Source: an uncultured Elusimicrobia bacterium
GTDB lineage: Bacteria > Elusimicrobiota > Elusimicrobia > JACQPE01
Direction: 5' to 3'
Assembly: GCA_964357255.1 (NCBI GenBank)
Contig: CAYHKQ010000042.1
Span: 1-22,317 of the forward strand
DNA: 22,317 nucleotides
In this document: positions 21,472-22,317 of the stretch, in pieces
Position numbering within the stretch: position 1 is the first letter of the stretch
How the letters are laid out: each line of letters opens with the position of its first letter
The notes under the pieces: model-generated
What the model was told of the DNA's origin: nothing
The model's database searches: none
The model's input: the letters and a program-made list of their open reading frames with translations, nothing else
Translations under genes and position numbers: made by a program

Positions 21472-22316
21472 GGGAAGTCCTGGGCGCGGATGCCTGGGTC
21501 GAGTTCCAATAGTGTGATCCCTTGCGCGTCCATAAATTCGGCGTTGACGCTTCCCTTCACGCCAATGACAATAAAGGCGAGGGGGTCTTGCTTGCGGCGG
21601 CCTTGGAGAAAGCGGATGAGATCGAGAAAATCACTGTCGCCCGTGGCCAGGGCAATGACGTCGAGCCGGCTGGAGCGCTCGAGCACGTCGAGCGCCATTG
21701 CGATATCAACATTGCAGGTATAACCGCCGTTCTTTCGCTTGTTGGCCTGCTTGCCCATAATCTCGTAATGCTTATCACGCAGTTTATTTTGCTCTGTTTT
21801 TGCGTCTTCTCTGAGGTAGGCGACGCGCATGGACACAAAAAAGTCTTTGTTGTGGGCGCTTATTTTTTGTTCCAAAGCCTCGGCGATATCAGTCGCGCTC
21901 TGAGCGCGCGCCGTCTTTTCCTGCAGGCAGAGCCGGATATTTTCAAAATCAACAAATAATCCGGCGCGTTTGAGCGAGGTGGCTTTTTGGGCCCTGCTCT
22001 TGAGGTTTTCAATTACAATCTCTTGCTCGCGGCATTGCAGGGACGCGGCGCCGAGTTTTTCGGCGGTTGCCTTGAGCTCCGCCTCGCATTTTTGGAACTC
22101 ATCGAGACGGTTGTCTTTTTTTCCTGAAAATTTTTCCAGTTTATTTTTCGTTTCTTGAAGCTCGCGATTGAGCCGGTCCATCTCGATGTGGGCCTTTTTG
22201 AGTTCCTCTCTTGTTTTTTTGAGCTGGTTTTGAGCGCGGCCGTTCTCTTGGGCGCCGCCATCGGGCTGTTTGTTCTCATGCGCAGGGGGTTGCGGCAGGG
22301 GCGGTTTGTCCGGCAT
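21468..22316 (-). CDS. NYN/LabA-like (DUF88) domain protein with a long N-terminal coiled-coil, at least 282 aa. Its start lies at or beyond the window edge. Putative RNase or RNA-binding protein.
   Basis: The NYN core reads AGLFVDFENIRL...YTCNVDIAMALDVLERSSRLDVIALATGDSDFLDLIRFL...AFIVIGVKGSVNAEFMDA. The coiled-coil is Lys/Glu-rich (ELKKAHIEMDRLNRELQETKNKLEKF). The first Met is at 22316, one base from the window end. Confidence 0.7.
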   Translation of the reverse strand: MPDKPPLPQPPAHENKQPDGGAQENGRAQNQLKKTREELKKAHIEMDRLNRELQETKNKLEKFSGKKDNRLDEFQKCEAELKATAEKLGAASLQCREQEIVIENLKSRAQKATSLKRAGLFVDFENIRLCLQEKTARAQSATDIAEALEQKISAHNKDFFVSMRVAYLREDAKTEQNKLRDKHYEIMGKQANKRKNGGYTCNVDIAMALDVLERSSRLDVIALATGDSDFLDLIRFLQGRRKQDPLAFIVIGVKGSVNAEFMDAQGITLLELDPGIRAQDFP

Positions 22317-22317
22317 A

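Overview
This is a compact bacterial chromosomal segment of moderately high GC content. I translated the six-frame track and the raw sequence by hand; there are no search or alignment results behind any call.

Gene content, left to right:
(1) A minus-strand three-gene block. The track omits its largest member, a >1,200-aa secreted FG-GAP/beta-propeller and Ig-like-repeat surface protein, because that reading frame has no stop codon inside the window. It is preceded by an acidic signal-anchored protein and a PorV/PorQ-like outer-membrane beta-barrel. All three are translationally coupled.
(2) A divergent promoter region carrying a GGTTGTAAA direct-repeat array.
(3) A small two-helix membrane protein coupled to an SPFH/prohibitin protein.
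(4) A GNAT acetyltransferase, then hom and lysC (housekeeping) convergent with it.
(5) An orphan FecR-domain protein.
(6) Two structurally distinct palindromic MITE-like insertions, each with target-site-like direct repeats and internal twin hairpins preserved by compensatory changes. They bracket a small Cys/His-rich ORF.
(7) A roughly 9-kb plus-strand heavy-metal module. It is a Cus-type CBA efflux system (outer-membrane factor, a fusion protein with tandem CPM/CxxC metal-binding motifs, and an RND pump with a monovalent-type S-D-E motif), extended by an extra beta-barrel, a 512-aa histidine-rich signal-peptide/C-terminal-anchor protein, a standalone periplasmic protein with a heavy-metal-binding domain, and a tiny membrane protein.
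(8) On the opposite strand, a ferritin-like/VIT1 (MbfA-type) transporter coupled to a coiled-coil NYN/LabA-like protein that starts at the window edge.

The most likely undescribed system is the accessory tail of the Cus operon: beta-barrel, His-rich anchored protein, metal-binding mini-protein and small membrane protein. The MITE pair sitting exactly upstream of it is the second candidate.
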